Source of the DNA: an uncultured virus (IMG/VR IMGVR_UViG_3300033562_000771)
Lineage: Duplodnaviria; Heunggongvirae; Uroviricota; Caudoviricetes
Reading direction: 5' to 3' (one strand)
Virus record (IMG/VR): IMGVR_UViG_3300033562_000771
Span: 1 to 64,000 of that record
Length of the DNA: 64,000 bases
Shown here: one piece after another, positions 9,472 to 19,143 of the stretch
Layout: each line of letters begins with the position of its first letter
Numbering within the stretch: position 1 is the stretch's first letter
The notes under the pieces: generated by a model
Seen by the model: the letters and a program-made list of their open reading frames with translations, nothing else
Database searches by the model: none
Told to the model about the DNA's origin: nothing
Made by a program: the position numbers and the translations under genes

Positions 9472-10476
9472 CTAGCAACCACTACCAAGAACTCTAGGAT
9501 CTTTTCTAGACTCATTAGGGTAGGTTTTACGAAGTTGCGACCATCCCACGAGGTTCCCTGAGAGGGGGTTATTCATAACAGGTCCTAAATTAACACAATC
9601 CACATTGTAGTTGCAAACAATAGAGTAGTCAGGATCCCGTTTGGCATTCTCCAAATGATCCCGTAGTGCTTGCAGCTCTTCTACAGGGACCTCTGGAGCA
9701 ACCTTTGCCAATAGGTTTATGATGTCAGGGACCTGGGCAATATGCTCAAAGGCACTCCAATGCCCTGACGCAGCTAGGCGATCATGAAGCTTGAAGTCTT
9801 TCTGAACGTCTCTGGAACCGTCAAAGTTATTGTATGAAACTCGGGCAGATCTAGCTACCGCAACCTTAATCATATCGTCCCAGGAGAGTCCGTCTGGCAT
9901 ATCGTCTCCGAAAGGGATATGCCAGTCACCTGGATTCAAGACTTGAGGGGTTGATGCGTTATATGCATCAAGCATCTCATAGGCTAACTTCTGAATGTGA
10001 GGATCTGCAGCACTTTCAGCCCTCAACGCAAAGAAATTCTCCCAACCATCCTGGGTACCCGTTGCTAGAACTGTTACGGTAATGAAAGGTTCAAGCAGAC
10101 GGTTTGCAATTTGCTTATGGATTCCAAGTTCAACCATATCTTTTGCAGCATTTACGGCAGCATCTCTAGCTTCCAGCCATGCAAATTTTGCTGCACTTGC
10201 CGTTGCTTCATCTGCGATCACATGCGATTGCATATTTTCGCTATTCATCCCCCACTCAATGGGAACTACTGGTTCCTCTAGGGCCATCCGAATTCTCTTT
10301 TCGACTGGGATAGCACGGGATGACGGGCAATTTTTAGAAATGGCTCTGTGCGTGTTAAATTCGGCAAGGATGAACCTGGGCATGGTTAACAACCATGTAG
10401 TTAACCTGGGGGCACTTACACCAATTCCAATAGAGTCTAGAAGGATTCTTGCTTTAATCATTATAATGGTCCTCAT
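9472..10476 (-). CDS. thyX: Flavin-dependent thymidylate synthase
   Basis: PRFILAEFNTHR..S.N..SSRAIP (phage variant of RHRx7S), KQIANRLLEPF, ARSARVSY and H.SAFEH motifs. Confidence 0.88.
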   Translation of the reverse strand: MRTIIMIKARILLDSIGIGVSAPRLTTWLLTMPRFILAEFNTHRAISKNCPSSRAIPVEKRIRMALEEPVVPIEWGMNSENMQSHVIADEATASAAKFAWLEARDAAVNAAKDMVELGIHKQIANRLLEPFITVTVLATGTQDGWENFFALRAESAADPHIQKLAYEMLDAYNASTPQVLNPGDWHIPFGDDMPDGLSWDDMIKVAVARSARVSYNNFDGSRDVQKDFKLHDRLAASGHWSAFEHIAQVPDIINLLAKVAPEVPVEELQALRDHLENAKRDPDYSIVCNYNVDCVNLGPVMNNPLSGNLVGWSQLRKTYPNESRKDPRVLGSGC

Positions 10477-10795
10477 TATTCCAAAGTTCTTCTACAAAGG
10501 CTTCTGCACCAGACTTAGAAGCAAACACATGTCCCATCCCCTCTACAAGCCTAACAATACGTTCTCTTTCTTCAATAATACCATCATGGTATGTCCGAGA
10601 ATCCGCATCTGGGCACCCACACTTAGGACATGGATACACGGTAACGCACCTAGAATCTAGGGAGACCTCTTCAATAATCTCAGATTTAACAAAGCCCTTT
10701 GCCATACTTTCCGCAAGCTGGAGAGCTTCCTGTGGGTCTTTGGGAGTCCATGCGAGGGCAGTGGCTAGCATGGATTGCAAATTCTGTATCGACAT
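10454..10795 (-). CDS. Hypothetical protein with a CPKC motif
   Basis: ORF with a GGAG RBS in the operon. Confidence 0.55.
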   Translation of the reverse strand: MSIQNLQSMLATALAWTPKDPQEALQLAESMAKGFVKSEIIEEVSLDSRCVTVYPCPKCGCPDADSRTYHDGIIEERERIVRLVEGMGHVFASKSGAEAFVEELWNNEDHYND

Positions 10796-10802
10796 GTAGC
10801 TC

Positions 10803-11555
10803 CTACTTGGAGATCAAGCCAAGGGCTTGTTTAGCAATCTGAGAATCACCATAATGGACACTCTGGGCAATCCCACCTAGAGCTGTTTTATAGCGAATAA
10901 GCTCGTCATCCTTTAACGCACATTTAAGACAAGAAGTATTGTGAGACCCTCCTTTTTTGAAGAAGTTCAGGACCCACCTCAAGGGATTCTTAGATAAAAG
11001 TGATGATAATTGTGACTGTTGGGCCAAAAAGACTAATCGGGTCATCTTAGCATCTGTTAGTGCGTTATGTAGAGTCTCATGATCAGGCAAATGGATGCCA
11101 TAGAAAGACATTAAAGCTTCAAGCCCAAGCTTATCCCCTACAGAAACCCCCAAGGATTTTATAAACAGGGCATTCCCCATGGTATCTAAACTACGATAAG
11201 AATATGGGATAGGGGTGTTGGTTTCTCTGAAGAGTTGATCCAAGAACCCTAGGTCAAAAGAGGTATTATGCCCAACTACATGAGGTTTCTTTTCACCGAA
11301 ATAGTGGGATACCCATGCGGAGATACTCCGTGCAGCATCCTTTCGGCTGAGAGCTTTTTCTAGGTGATCCATCATGTTTATTTTATTGATTAATAGGGCA
11401 TCTGCCTCAACAATAAAGTCCTCTGGATGGATATTAAGATGGAGTGTCCCCAAAATATCACCATCATCACCTTGAACCACCATCCCCACAGTAAGCAGGG
11501 CATTTTTGGAGGGGTCAAGCCCACCTGTCTCTGTGTCTAAGAAAATATATTTCAT
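10803..11555 (-). CDS. DEDDh 3'-5' exonuclease (DnaQ/epsilon-like)
   Basis: FLDTETGG, VGHN..FD..FL, HNAL.DA motifs. Confidence 0.9.
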   Translation of the reverse strand: MKYIFLDTETGGLDPSKNALLTVGMVVQGDDGDILGTLHLNIHPEDFIVEADALLINKINMMDHLEKALSRKDAARSISAWVSHYFGEKKPHVVGHNTSFDLGFLDQLFRETNTPIPYSYRSLDTMGNALFIKSLGVSVGDKLGLEALMSFYGIHLPDHETLHNALTDAKMTRLVFLAQQSQLSSLLSKNPLRWVLNFFKKGGSHNTSCLKCALKDDELIRYKTALGGIAQSVHYGDSQIAKQALGLISK

Positions 11556-11732
11556 GTTCGGATCCTCGGTTCATGTTAGATACACTAGATTATTTTAGGC
11601 ATTGACACGTATTTTAGTGACTGATGTGTTAGCATGGGCGCAGTAAAAGTCGCTACGCTTCTATGTTGAAGTCAGTTAAAAATATGTGGGTGTTTTGTTA
11701 ACAGAAAATGAGGTCCAAATGAGTCAGGATCG

Positions 11733-11745
11733 TCTTTTTAGGAAG
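11733..11745 (+). promoter_or_regulatory. Representative of the CTTTT(T)AG motif (putative late promoter)
   Basis: TCTTTTTAGGAAG at 11733 (+) and 12596-12608 (-); CTTTAGGAAG at 63772-63781; CTTTTAGT at 32563-32570, 40865-40872 and 58395-58402 (all minus), mostly before virion genes. Confidence 0.55.
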
Positions 11746-11754
11746 AGGTCATAT

Positions 11755-12156
11755 ATGATTAAAGTATCTAGAGTGCTGAAGCATAGCACTAGGAATTATA
11801 AGAAAGCTGCCAATTGGTATGGGTTCTGGATAACCCCCGATAGACAAATCTACCCTGGGGAAGAGTCCCACCAAGAAATCCTCGAAGAAAGACTCGGCCC
11901 CGAGGCTACCTATGAAGAAGCATTTAATAAGGGGTGGGTTAGGGGTTTCTTCCAATCTGGTATGGCTGGATTTGAGGCTAACTCGCTAGTTGGATCTATC
12001 TTTAATTATATTCAGCGAATGGTCCAGGAAGAGTCCAAAACCTTCCGCATTGACGAGGTGCTCCTAGACTCGGGAGGTAGAAGCTATGCGGTGCCTCTCC
12101 AGGACTTCCTGAGTCTAAATAAATCTGGGGAACTCAGGCCATACTCGATCACATAA
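11755..12156 (+). CDS. Putative virion-associated hypothetical protein
   Basis: Probable start MIKVSR at 11755 after GAGG; the W..PD...H......EAF..GWVR domain is shared with the 1309-aa protein at 59834-63763. Confidence 0.65.
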   Translation: MIKVSRVLKHSTRNYKKAANWYGFWITPDRQIYPGEESHQEILEERLGPEATYEEAFNKGWVRGFFQSGMAGFEANSLVGSIFNYIQRMVQEESKTFRIDEVLLDSGGRSYAVPLQDFLSLNKSGELRPYSIT

Positions 12157-12187
12157 CAAAAAGCCCACCAATGGTGGGTTCTTTGTT
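12155..12187. terminator. Bidirectional intrinsic terminator between convergent genes
   Basis: AACAAAAAGCCCACC-AAT-GGTGGGTTCTTTGTT hairpin with A- and T-rich flanks. Confidence 0.7.
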
Positions 12188-12275
12188 TATGCCCTCCCTG
12201 CAGACCGTATTTGATTTAATACGGTTGTGTGTGGGTCACGGGCACAATATAGATACTAAACAACTTTATTTACTA

Positions 12276-12575
12276 TCAAACTAATTTTCTGAAACTAGCC
12301 GTGTGTGGTTGAATGGCTTCGAGTTCCTCGATTTGATGAGACCCTTTAAGTCCATTAATTGCAGCCGACCAAAGTCCCTCATCCAGCTCAAAGTCATCTA
12401 AGAGATGATATGTAGGTCCAAAATTCTGAGCTACATAAACCTTGAATTCATTAATGGGCTCTATCTTAGATAGAACTTCCATAATGTATTCTTTCAGAGC
12501 ATCGATAATTGAAGATCTACTATATTTTTCTTCAATACGACCTTTGGATACAAGTATTCGGCTCACTTTAATCAT
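12276..12575 (-). CDS. Hypothetical protein (MIKVSR N-terminus)
   Basis: ORF; its N-terminus and upstream motif are shared with the convergent gene at 11755. Confidence 0.6.
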   Translation of the reverse strand: MIKVSRILVSKGRIEEKYSRSSIIDALKEYIMEVLSKIEPINEFKVYVAQNFGPTYHLLDDFELDEGLWSAAINGLKGSHQIEELEAIQPHTASFRKLV

Positions 12576-12783
12576 TTTCAATCCACTCATCACAGCTTCC
12601 TAAAAAGAAGAATCATACTTTAGGTAACATAGGGTGGGGATGTTACTAATCGAATGGCAATAATTTCGGAGGGTTGCCACCCAGAGTTAACCATAGCTGC
12701 ATTAATATCCGTCCCCTGCACGGTGGTATGCTCAATTCGCTGGTAAGTATTATAGGGGTTGTATCGAGTAATCATAAATTCGT

Positions 12784-13158
12784 TCACTTGGTCTCCTCCC
12801 TTGAGTTTATCTCAGCCAGTTCTATTTCCCATTCTGGTCTAACAGGGAACCCTTCTTTTGTATATTCACTAATAGCCCGTTCTAAATCGGCTTTTCTAAG
12901 CTCAATCCAGACATAGGTAGGTGGGACGCCCAAGGGTGGTTTCAGGGGGTTCCTGATGTATGCTGAAGGTTCTAAAGCCTGTAAACGTGTGAGTTCAGCA
13001 TCCAGGTCTGCTTTAGCTTTAAGCGAGGTAAGCGGAAATTCCTTCCCGCAGTCGCAAAACAATCGGGTTCCATCACAAAAAAGCCAGTCTCCACAGTGGG
13101 GACATTCATCCAATCGCCACCGAACCCACCTACCCTCAACGGGCAACTTGTTTGGCAT
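12784..13158 (-). CDS. Zinc-ribbon hypothetical protein
   Basis: CPHC...C...C.C motif; GAGG RBS. Confidence 0.55.
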   Translation of the reverse strand: MPNKLPVEGRWVRWRLDECPHCGDWLFCDGTRLFCDCGKEFPLTSLKAKADLDAELTRLQALEPSAYIRNPLKPPLGVPPTYVWIELRKADLERAISEYTKEGFPVRPEWEIELAEINSREETK

Positions 13159-13173
13159 AAGAACCTCTACTGA

Positions 13174-13425
13174 TTACTGATTATCCAGTGCTATTTGATC
13201 TAATGTCTCAAAGTATGCATCCATCTGATACATTAACGATTCACCATTATCCCCATCCCCACCAGTCTTCCAGCAGAAATGGTCACCATAGTCTTGAAAG
13301 TCATGTTCTTTGATAAACTCCATTAGGCGCAACGATTGTGGGTGGTGAGGGGTCCCCTCCCCCCATCTATCCTTGTTCGTGAAACCCATATGAACTGCAT
13401 ATTCAAAATCAGATGGTGCAGTCAT
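13174..13425 (-). CDS. Phage hypothetical protein
   Basis: WKTGGDGDNGE.LMY..D.YF motif; coupled to the upstream gene. Confidence 0.6.
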   Translation of the reverse strand: MTAPSDFEYAVHMGFTNKDRWGEGTPHHPQSLRLMEFIKEHDFQDYGDHFCWKTGGDGDNGESLMYQMDAYFETLDQIALDNQ

Positions 13426-13679
13426 TAGTCGTAATCCTCGCAGTCATCATCTTCGTCAAGCGGCTCAAGGCCCAATTGAATTACTCTAGGCCCCGTAATC
13501 TTCCAAGATGCTGAACATTTGGGGCACGAGACGGTTTCTCCCAGGACCCCTCCAGCTACAGACAAAGGGGCTCGGGAGCCTCTGTAAGTCTTTAATGCAC
13601 ACGGGCCAGACTTAGTCTGTATTAGAATTGCGGTTGTGCAGGTAGGGCAACTAAACTTAACGGTATCAAAACAACTCAT
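13425..13679 (-). CDS. Zinc-ribbon hypothetical protein
   Basis: FD.V...CPTC....QTKSG.C.L...CPKC. Confidence 0.6.
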   Translation of the reverse strand: MSCFDTVKFSCPTCTTAILIQTKSGPCALKTYRGSRAPLSVAGGVLGETVSCPKCSASWKITGPRVIQLGLEPLDEDDDCEDYD

Positions 13680-14117
13680 CTAGAACCTCCCCTGCGACTC
13701 AAAAGCAGGGACAATTGCCTTTGTAAGGTCAGAAAGGAATGTTTCAGTTAGGTGGGCGGCAAACTGAGATTTTAATTCAGCTACCACCTGATCTGTCAGT
13801 TTAAGTTCCCATGGTAGGATGCCCTTGAACTCATGGGCCACACCATTGAGAACATATCGAATAATTAGAACATGGCGATATCCGATACAATCTCTGTTTA
13901 AAAAGGCTGTGCCCTCTAGAGTATTTAGATTGAGAGGGAAGGCTTTTCGAATTTGTTCTTCCGCCTTCGTCTCCATCTCTCGGAGCAGTTTAACACTATC
14001 ATCGGTGGGTGCTCTATGTTCGTGAACAGTTGTCGTTACGGACATATGAGAGGGGCCACTTTTAACATAGTTGTCGAACATTTGGGTCTCCCAAGATTTA
14101 AAAATACTGAGGTTCAT
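13680..14117 (-). CDS. Hypothetical protein
   Basis: EHRAPTDDSVKLLREME motif; lies in a contiguous operon. Confidence 0.6.
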   Translation of the reverse strand: MNLSIFKSWETQMFDNYVKSGPSHMSVTTTVHEHRAPTDDSVKLLREMETKAEEQIRKAFPLNLNTLEGTAFLNRDCIGYRHVLIIRYVLNGVAHEFKGILPWELKLTDQVVAELKSQFAAHLTETFLSDLTKAIVPAFESQGRF

Positions 14118-14326
14118 GCGCCTTTATAGTTGGATCTAAGGGGGTGCTTTCTTGCTTTTCACAACATAGACATTCTCGGATATTGTTTACAGATCTGGTT
14201 TCTCCAAGAGAATATGCAGCCGTGGGTTTCCAGGGAGACCACTGATGCCCCCCTGTAAGCCAACATATAAAATACACAAGCTGCCTACGTTTCTTACGAG
14301 TCCAGTAATCAAATTTGCGAACTAAT

Positions 14327-15037
14327 TTACGCTTGGTATTCATTTGGGAAAGCTTCCCGGACTTTGGCATTCAGAAAGGCATAAACAGCCCCCAGATCGG
14401 ACGATCCAGTATACCCCATATCCTTGATAGCTTTCTGACATTGAGGGCCAATCTGCCCATCAATTGCCCCAAAAGTAGCTCCAAGGCGAACCAGAGCACT
14501 TTGAATGACGAACCCCTGACGGTTTTCCTTAAGAACATCCACCTCAATACCCTGTTCAAGAATGGCTAACGCGGCCATAATCTGGTAGGGCTTCCAACTA
14601 GGGGAGTGGGCCTTTGCATAGTCATAAACTTTCTGAAAGCTACCCCTAAAGTCAAAATGCCAGGACTCAGAGGCTCCCATTTTGGGTTTATCAATAATAG
14701 GCATAAACCCAATAGGCTTGGCGATATCCCAGAACTCCTGCAAAGATAACGGGGAGATAGCTTCCAGGGAGATATCCATAGCTCGTCCAGCTTCATGCAT
14801 AGACCCGCCTGGGGCTGGAGAAAAAGCCTTCTTTTTCCCGCTTGTGTAATCCAAATGAGCTTGAAACTGCATGTCATAAGATCTAAATAGGTCCGAAAGT
14901 ATCAGTTTAGCGCCCTTAGCAGCCAGGGCCTCCTCAAGGGCCTTAATGCCATCAATCATATCAGATGTGCAGAGAGCCATACGAGAAGGCATGGGTTTGT
15001 TATTGTAAATGGAGGCAACTACGATAGGCTTAAGCAT
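14327..15037 (-). CDS. Endolysin: M15-family zinc peptidase with a C-terminal peptidoglycan-binding-like segment
   Basis: FRSY..Q, PGGSMHEAGRAMD (SxHxxGxAxD), ESWH; C-terminal IDGQIGPQC..AI. Confidence 0.82.
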   Translation of the reverse strand: MLKPIVVASIYNNKPMPSRMALCTSDMIDGIKALEEALAAKGAKLILSDLFRSYDMQFQAHLDYTSGKKKAFSPAPGGSMHEAGRAMDISLEAISPLSLQEFWDIAKPIGFMPIIDKPKMGASESWHFDFRGSFQKVYDYAKAHSPSWKPYQIMAALAILEQGIEVDVLKENRQGFVIQSALVRLGATFGAIDGQIGPQCQKAIKDMGYTGSSDLGAVYAFLNAKVREAFPNEYQA

Positions 15038-15296
15038 TGCGGAAGACCTTTCTTAGAAAGAACACTACAAAAGAAAAGAACTCAACGGGCCACAAACACA
15101 GGCACCACGGAATCGCAAGAATTCGTGCTAGTGTTCGATCCTCTGGAGCAACATTTGGGTCTTTATGAAGGGTGCTAGCCACCCAGATAGCAGTTGCAAC
15201 CCCCATCAATCCATAGAATAGAAAAATTTTATAAAGAGTATACGGCATATATACGGAACTCCCTAGGATGTTGGCCCCAATATCTATACACTCCAA
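15030..15296 (-). CDS. Small membrane protein (possible holin)
   Basis: Two hydrophobic segments and a basic C-terminus; overlaps the endolysin start. Confidence 0.4.
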   Translation of the reverse strand: MECIDIGANILGSSVYMPYTLYKIFLFYGLMGVATAIWVASTLHKDPNVAPEDRTLARILAIPWCLCLWPVEFFSFVVFFLRKVFRNA

Positions 15297-15298
15297 GT

Positions 15299-16408
15299 TT
15301 AGTGAATATCAGAGTTTTTGTTTCTAGATTTAGGCTCTTCATCCTTCTCAATAGTTTTCTTAAACCCAGTATTTGCAGCCACATGAAAAATAACAATTCC
15401 CTCTGGTTTCATAAACCCAGGGGCTGCAACACTACCTCCAGTTTTGAGCTTCTCCAAAACCTGATCAATGGTAGCTGTATCAAAAAGTCCTCGATAGAGT
15501 TCCGGGACCAAGTGGCAGCACTCAGGTAGCCGTTCCTGGGTATTTATAATACGAGGATCGGCTGTGGGGTAACTCATGGGTTCGGCGTTCCACAGACACC
15601 ATCTAGATGTATTGAACAGACTGAACCTTTTCTCACTGAGACCATATTTCCTCTGGATTCCGCTGTTGTGAACCAAAATATTGTTCGCAAAAAAGTTATG
15701 GTTATCCTCGATTTCCAGATCAAACCTATATTTTGACCTCCGCGAGTTAGCAAAAGCACGGTCAATTTCTACAATTTCAGCCCCCGCTAAATTTTGTAAC
15801 TCTGAGTATTTAATATCCTGAACTTCAGAGTTTATGTAAAGGATATCGCCTATGTGTAACTCTCCTGCTGGGCACTCTTCTTGTTGTCCCGAACTGTTTT
15901 TTCTAAAAACAATATGGTTAGGAGTTAAATTGACACAAGTTTGTTTTCCCCCCTTCCACTTTCGTCTAACCCGTATGGTCAACCAATCATTTGTTGAAGG
16001 GCCTCGTTTCCAACCAATTACTTTCTTTGGTTCTATCTTGTGCGTATCAAAGTTGTAGCTCAGCACAGTAACGGGTAGTCTGTTATTGACTATTTTACCA
16101 ATTTTTTCTGTAGAACCATCTGCTAAGGTTATGGAAACTTCACTGGCTAGGCACCCCCACCATTCACCTCGGTGGAGGCCTGGACCTAGCGAGACTAGGT
16201 CATCCTCATGATCCTGAACCCACCTAGCAAACCCGTAATTGTCATCCTCGGGAGTGATCCACCTATTTCTAGATCCAGCATAAATCTCTAGATTATCCGT
16301 GATATAGATTGTGCTGTTAGTGCCATCGATCTTCTCGCTAATGATCATTTCACGAGAAAGTCTTGAAATTTTTGGGAATTCGCAGAAATCCATTGGCGGG
16401 ATATTCAT
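15299..16408 (-). CDS. RNA ligase (Rnl2-like nucleotidyltransferase) containing a mini-intein
   Basis: EFPKI.RL, EKIDGTN, GSRNRW, GEWWG|SGIQ, LFN, VP.LY.G, PEGIV and KK motifs. Confidence 0.85.
   Translation of the reverse strand: MNIPPMDFCEFPKISRLSREMIISEKIDGTNSTIYITDNLEIYAGSRNRWITPEDDNYGFARWVQDHEDDLVSLGPGLHRGEWWGCLASEVSITLADGSTEKIGKIVNNRLPVTVLSYNFDTHKIEPKKVIGWKRGPSTNDWLTIRVRRKWKGGKQTCVNLTPNHIVFRKNSSGQQEECPAGELHIGDILYINSEVQDIKYSELQNLAGAEIVEIDRAFANSRRSKYRFDLEIEDNHNFFANNILVHNSGIQRKYGLSEKRFSLFNTSRWCLWNAEPMSYPTADPRIINTQERLPECCHLVPELYRGLFDTATIDQVLEKLKTGGSVAAPGFMKPEGIVIFHVAANTGFKKTIEKDEEPKSRNKNSDIH
15665..16153 (-). mobile_element. Mini-intein (163 aa) in the RNA ligase
   Basis: Starts CLASEV, block B LTPNH, ends FFANNILVHN followed by Ser; no LAGLIDADG motifs. 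Confidence 0.9.
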
Positions 16409-16678
16409 ACTTTTCTCCGTTTAGGTATGCCGCATAGCAACTACTGGATAAATTTTCAATAGAATTCTTTAGCTTTTCTGAACATCTCAGTCATTCGACG
16501 TTCTTGAGCGTGTGCTTTCTGAGCCTGTTCTTCTCGCTCACACATAAGACCTAACACAGCAAAGAGTTCGTCTCTAGTAAAATCTACAATAGGTTCACCG
16601 AAGACAAGAGTGGCCGCACCTTTTGATTTATATTTTTCAATAAAACTATCAGGTAGCATATTTATCTTATCCTTTTTC

Positions 16679-17143
16679 TTAAAAAATTGAGTTAGATCTA
16701 AAATCTACTGACCTAGCGACACGCAGAAACGCACCATCACATCCTAAAAATGAGTCCGCAAGTTGAACTACATTCAAGTTGGGCCAGATAATGGGTCTTG
16801 CGGTATGCAATGCTTGGTATGCTGTCTCATAATCCTCACCAAACATAACCAAAAGAGCCCATGCAATTGCAGCACTCCTAGAGACCCCCGCATGACAATG
16901 CACAAGAATTTTTTCTTTGCCCGTAAGGTTATGCTCCCTTACCCAGGAAAGAATCCTGGTGACACCCGCTACCATAGCTGTGTATGTTCGCTCATCTGGA
17001 TGTTCCGCATCCAGAAACCTAACATGGATATGATTTGGGCCTAGGCTAGGTAGTTTAACGTTGGGGTCAGTTATACTTATGATATAATCAAACGCACCGC
17101 AGATTTGCTTTGCCTCAGGTAAGGACGCAATTGTTACCGCCAT
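16679..17143 (-). CDS. Dual-specificity/tyrosine protein phosphatase
   Basis: VHCHAGVSRS (HCX5R) P-loop; ISI.DP; PN. Confidence 0.88.
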   Translation of the reverse strand: MAVTIASLPEAKQICGAFDYIISITDPNVKLPSLGPNHIHVRFLDAEHPDERTYTAMVAGVTRILSWVREHNLTGKEKILVHCHAGVSRSAAIAWALLVMFGEDYETAYQALHTARPIIWPNLNVVQLADSFLGCDGAFLRVARSVDFRSNSIF

Positions 17144-17775
17144 CGTTTAATCTCCTGTTTCATGAAGTGGAAGTCCCGATAATATGCAGAACGCTGGTAA
17201 TTAGCATACTCATCAAGGTAATCCCCATAGCTCATCTGGGTAGTTTTGTGAATCGCTACCTCGGGAAGCCTGGAATTCTTAAGGAAGACCTGAAGCCCCC
17301 AGAACCAAAAACCAAAGTGCTCCTCACGAAACTTTGCGTCAAGGGTGGTGTGATAATGTTCTTGTGCTTCTTCATAAACGGCTAAAGGGCAGTGCAATTC
17401 ATGAATATAAATCTTGGAATAGCGTTCTTCTGGAAACTCTCGCACGGCTGCTCGATCCCGAATCTCACTCCATCGAGCCTTTTCAAGAAGCTCGTCAGGG
17501 GTCAGGAGTTCCCCTGCGGCCTCCCTATCATGGAGAGCCCAGTAACGGTTATATGCGGTATCATATAGAGCCTTAAAAGGATGCTTACCACCCTTTCTAT
17601 TGAGCACTACAGAACACCAGTCATGGATTAACGACCCGTAACTGGGTGAAACATAGAGGCCTGACGCACCCCAAAACGTGGACCGAGCCTTCAAGCAGCT
17701 CAGTCTAGTGGGGGATACGTGCCAGAGCTGGACCCATTTGACCCCATTTTTCCAGCCTACAGACTTGGGCTTCAT
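17134..17775 (-). CDS. Hypothetical protein, possibly ADP-ribosyltransferase-like fold
   Basis: LWHVS...GLYVS resembles the H-x-S/T and Y-x-S/T strands of ART folds; weak. Confidence 0.3.
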   Translation of the reverse strand: MKPKSVGWKNGVKWVQLWHVSPTRLSCLKARSTFWGASGLYVSPSYGSLIHDWCSVVLNRKGGKHPFKALYDTAYNRYWALHDREAAGELLTPDELLEKARWSEIRDRAAVREFPEERYSKIYIHELHCPLAVYEEAQEHYHTTLDAKFREEHFGFWFWGLQVFLKNSRLPEVAIHKTTQMSYGDYLDEYANYQRSAYYRDFHFMKQEIKRWR

Positions 17776-18032
17776 TTAATCTCCTGAGTCTAGATACGAA
17801 AGGATTTTAAATTAAGTCCACAAAAAGGGTCTTTGCCGTAAAAAATGGTCTTAGATTTCCATATTACTCATCGGATATCATACCAACTTCGCCCCACATA
17901 TGGCTGCTGGTTATTTGAGCCCGTAGGTGGTATTTCCAGGGTTCGCTACCTTTACGGTAGTGCCTTCTTCGCCAGCTATGCCACTGCCGCATAAAGGACC
18001 ACCTGAAACGAGCTAGTTCAAGTAGCGCCCAT

Positions 18033-18422
18033 TTAGTCCAGGTCATACTCAATACCCTGCGGTGTCGAATCCCCACGCTTCTTAGTAAACTCTTTATAGG
18101 CGCTACGCATGGGCTCAGAAACCTCATCCTCCCAAACCCATGCGGTGACACAGTGGCACTTACGGCAGGCCCACCACATAGAGGTATCTGTATGGAATTC
18201 CAGAGCTTTTTTACCATATACAACTACATCCGGTAGCCAGGAACACTTATCACACATCCCCTTATGTATGTTTTTGCGTTCTCGTTTACGCCATTTTTTG
18301 AGAACTTTCTTGGAAACCACACCCGTGACGCGCATCTTGATGCTCAACCGCTTAATTTCAGCCAAGTCAATAGTGAAGTCAAAGCGTTCCAGCTTGAAAT
18401 TCCAGATGTTATGGCGACTCAT
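18033..18422 (-). CDS. Hypothetical zinc-binding protein
   Basis: CDKC...CRKC; CAGGAG RBS. Confidence 0.55.
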   Translation of the reverse strand: MSRHNIWNFKLERFDFTIDLAEIKRLSIKMRVTGVVSKKVLKKWRKRERKNIHKGMCDKCSWLPDVVVYGKKALEFHTDTSMWWACRKCHCVTAWVWEDEVSEPMRSAYKEFTKKRGDSTPQGIEYDLD

Positions 18423-18558
18423 TTAATCTCCTGGTATACGATATACGAAGGACTTCCCCCTGACCTCCCTGCAGTCACCCCCACCTACCAGGGTGGGGTG
18501 TAACCCATGTGCGGTTCTCAGCCAGGGGGTATGCCTTCAATACAAATACGAGTAAATG

Positions 18559-19143
18559 TTAGGATACTTCCAGAATATTTGCGATAACTTTATCTTTCCA
18601 GAAGTTTACAGAAATGTCAAGCATTTCCTCAAAATATCTAGGGTTCATCTTGGTGGAGGTCCCCCCGTCCAACTGAAAGTGGTTAGCAATAAGAGTTTCT
18701 GGTTGCATGGGTTCAACTTCATCTGTCATTGATGTAAGGTGGGTTACAACCCCCCAATCGGATTCAATGAAGTCCCCATCTTCAGCAAGAACGCTCTTAT
18801 TATAAAGGACCGCAAAAACATACTTCGCATCTTCTAGCTCAGCATGAGTCCGGTCAATAAAAATCTTTTTGCGGGGGGTTTCCCCTTCAATCCTAGACGC
18901 AAAAGCAGCTTTAAGAGTATCCGTGGGCTGGATGGTTACCGTTTTATGCTTAATGGAAACCCCAGTCCCCTCCAGGTGAAGGGGTAGGATTTTTACACCC
19001 TCTCGATACCCTTTACGGAAATCACCCTTCATGAAGGAATTTAGAAGGATCCCCCTCCACGTATCTAGGTTAAGACCCTGCTCAACTTCTTTGTTAAGCT
19101 GATGTTCTAAATAAAATGGCGTGAGTTGGATTGTATGGTGCAT
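18559..19143 (-). CDS. DUF3228-like protein
   Basis: F..GYR.GV, VLY...VL.E, WGVV, E.PM.PET...N pattern as recalled for this family. Confidence 0.55.
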   Translation of the reverse strand: MHHTIQLTPFYLEHQLNKEVEQGLNLDTWRGILLNSFMKGDFRKGYREGVKILPLHLEGTGVSIKHKTVTIQPTDTLKAAFASRIEGETPRKKIFIDRTHAELEDAKYVFAVLYNKSVLAEDGDFIESDWGVVTHLTSMTDEVEPMQPETLIANHFQLDGGTSTKMNPRYFEEMLDISVNFWKDKVIANILEVS

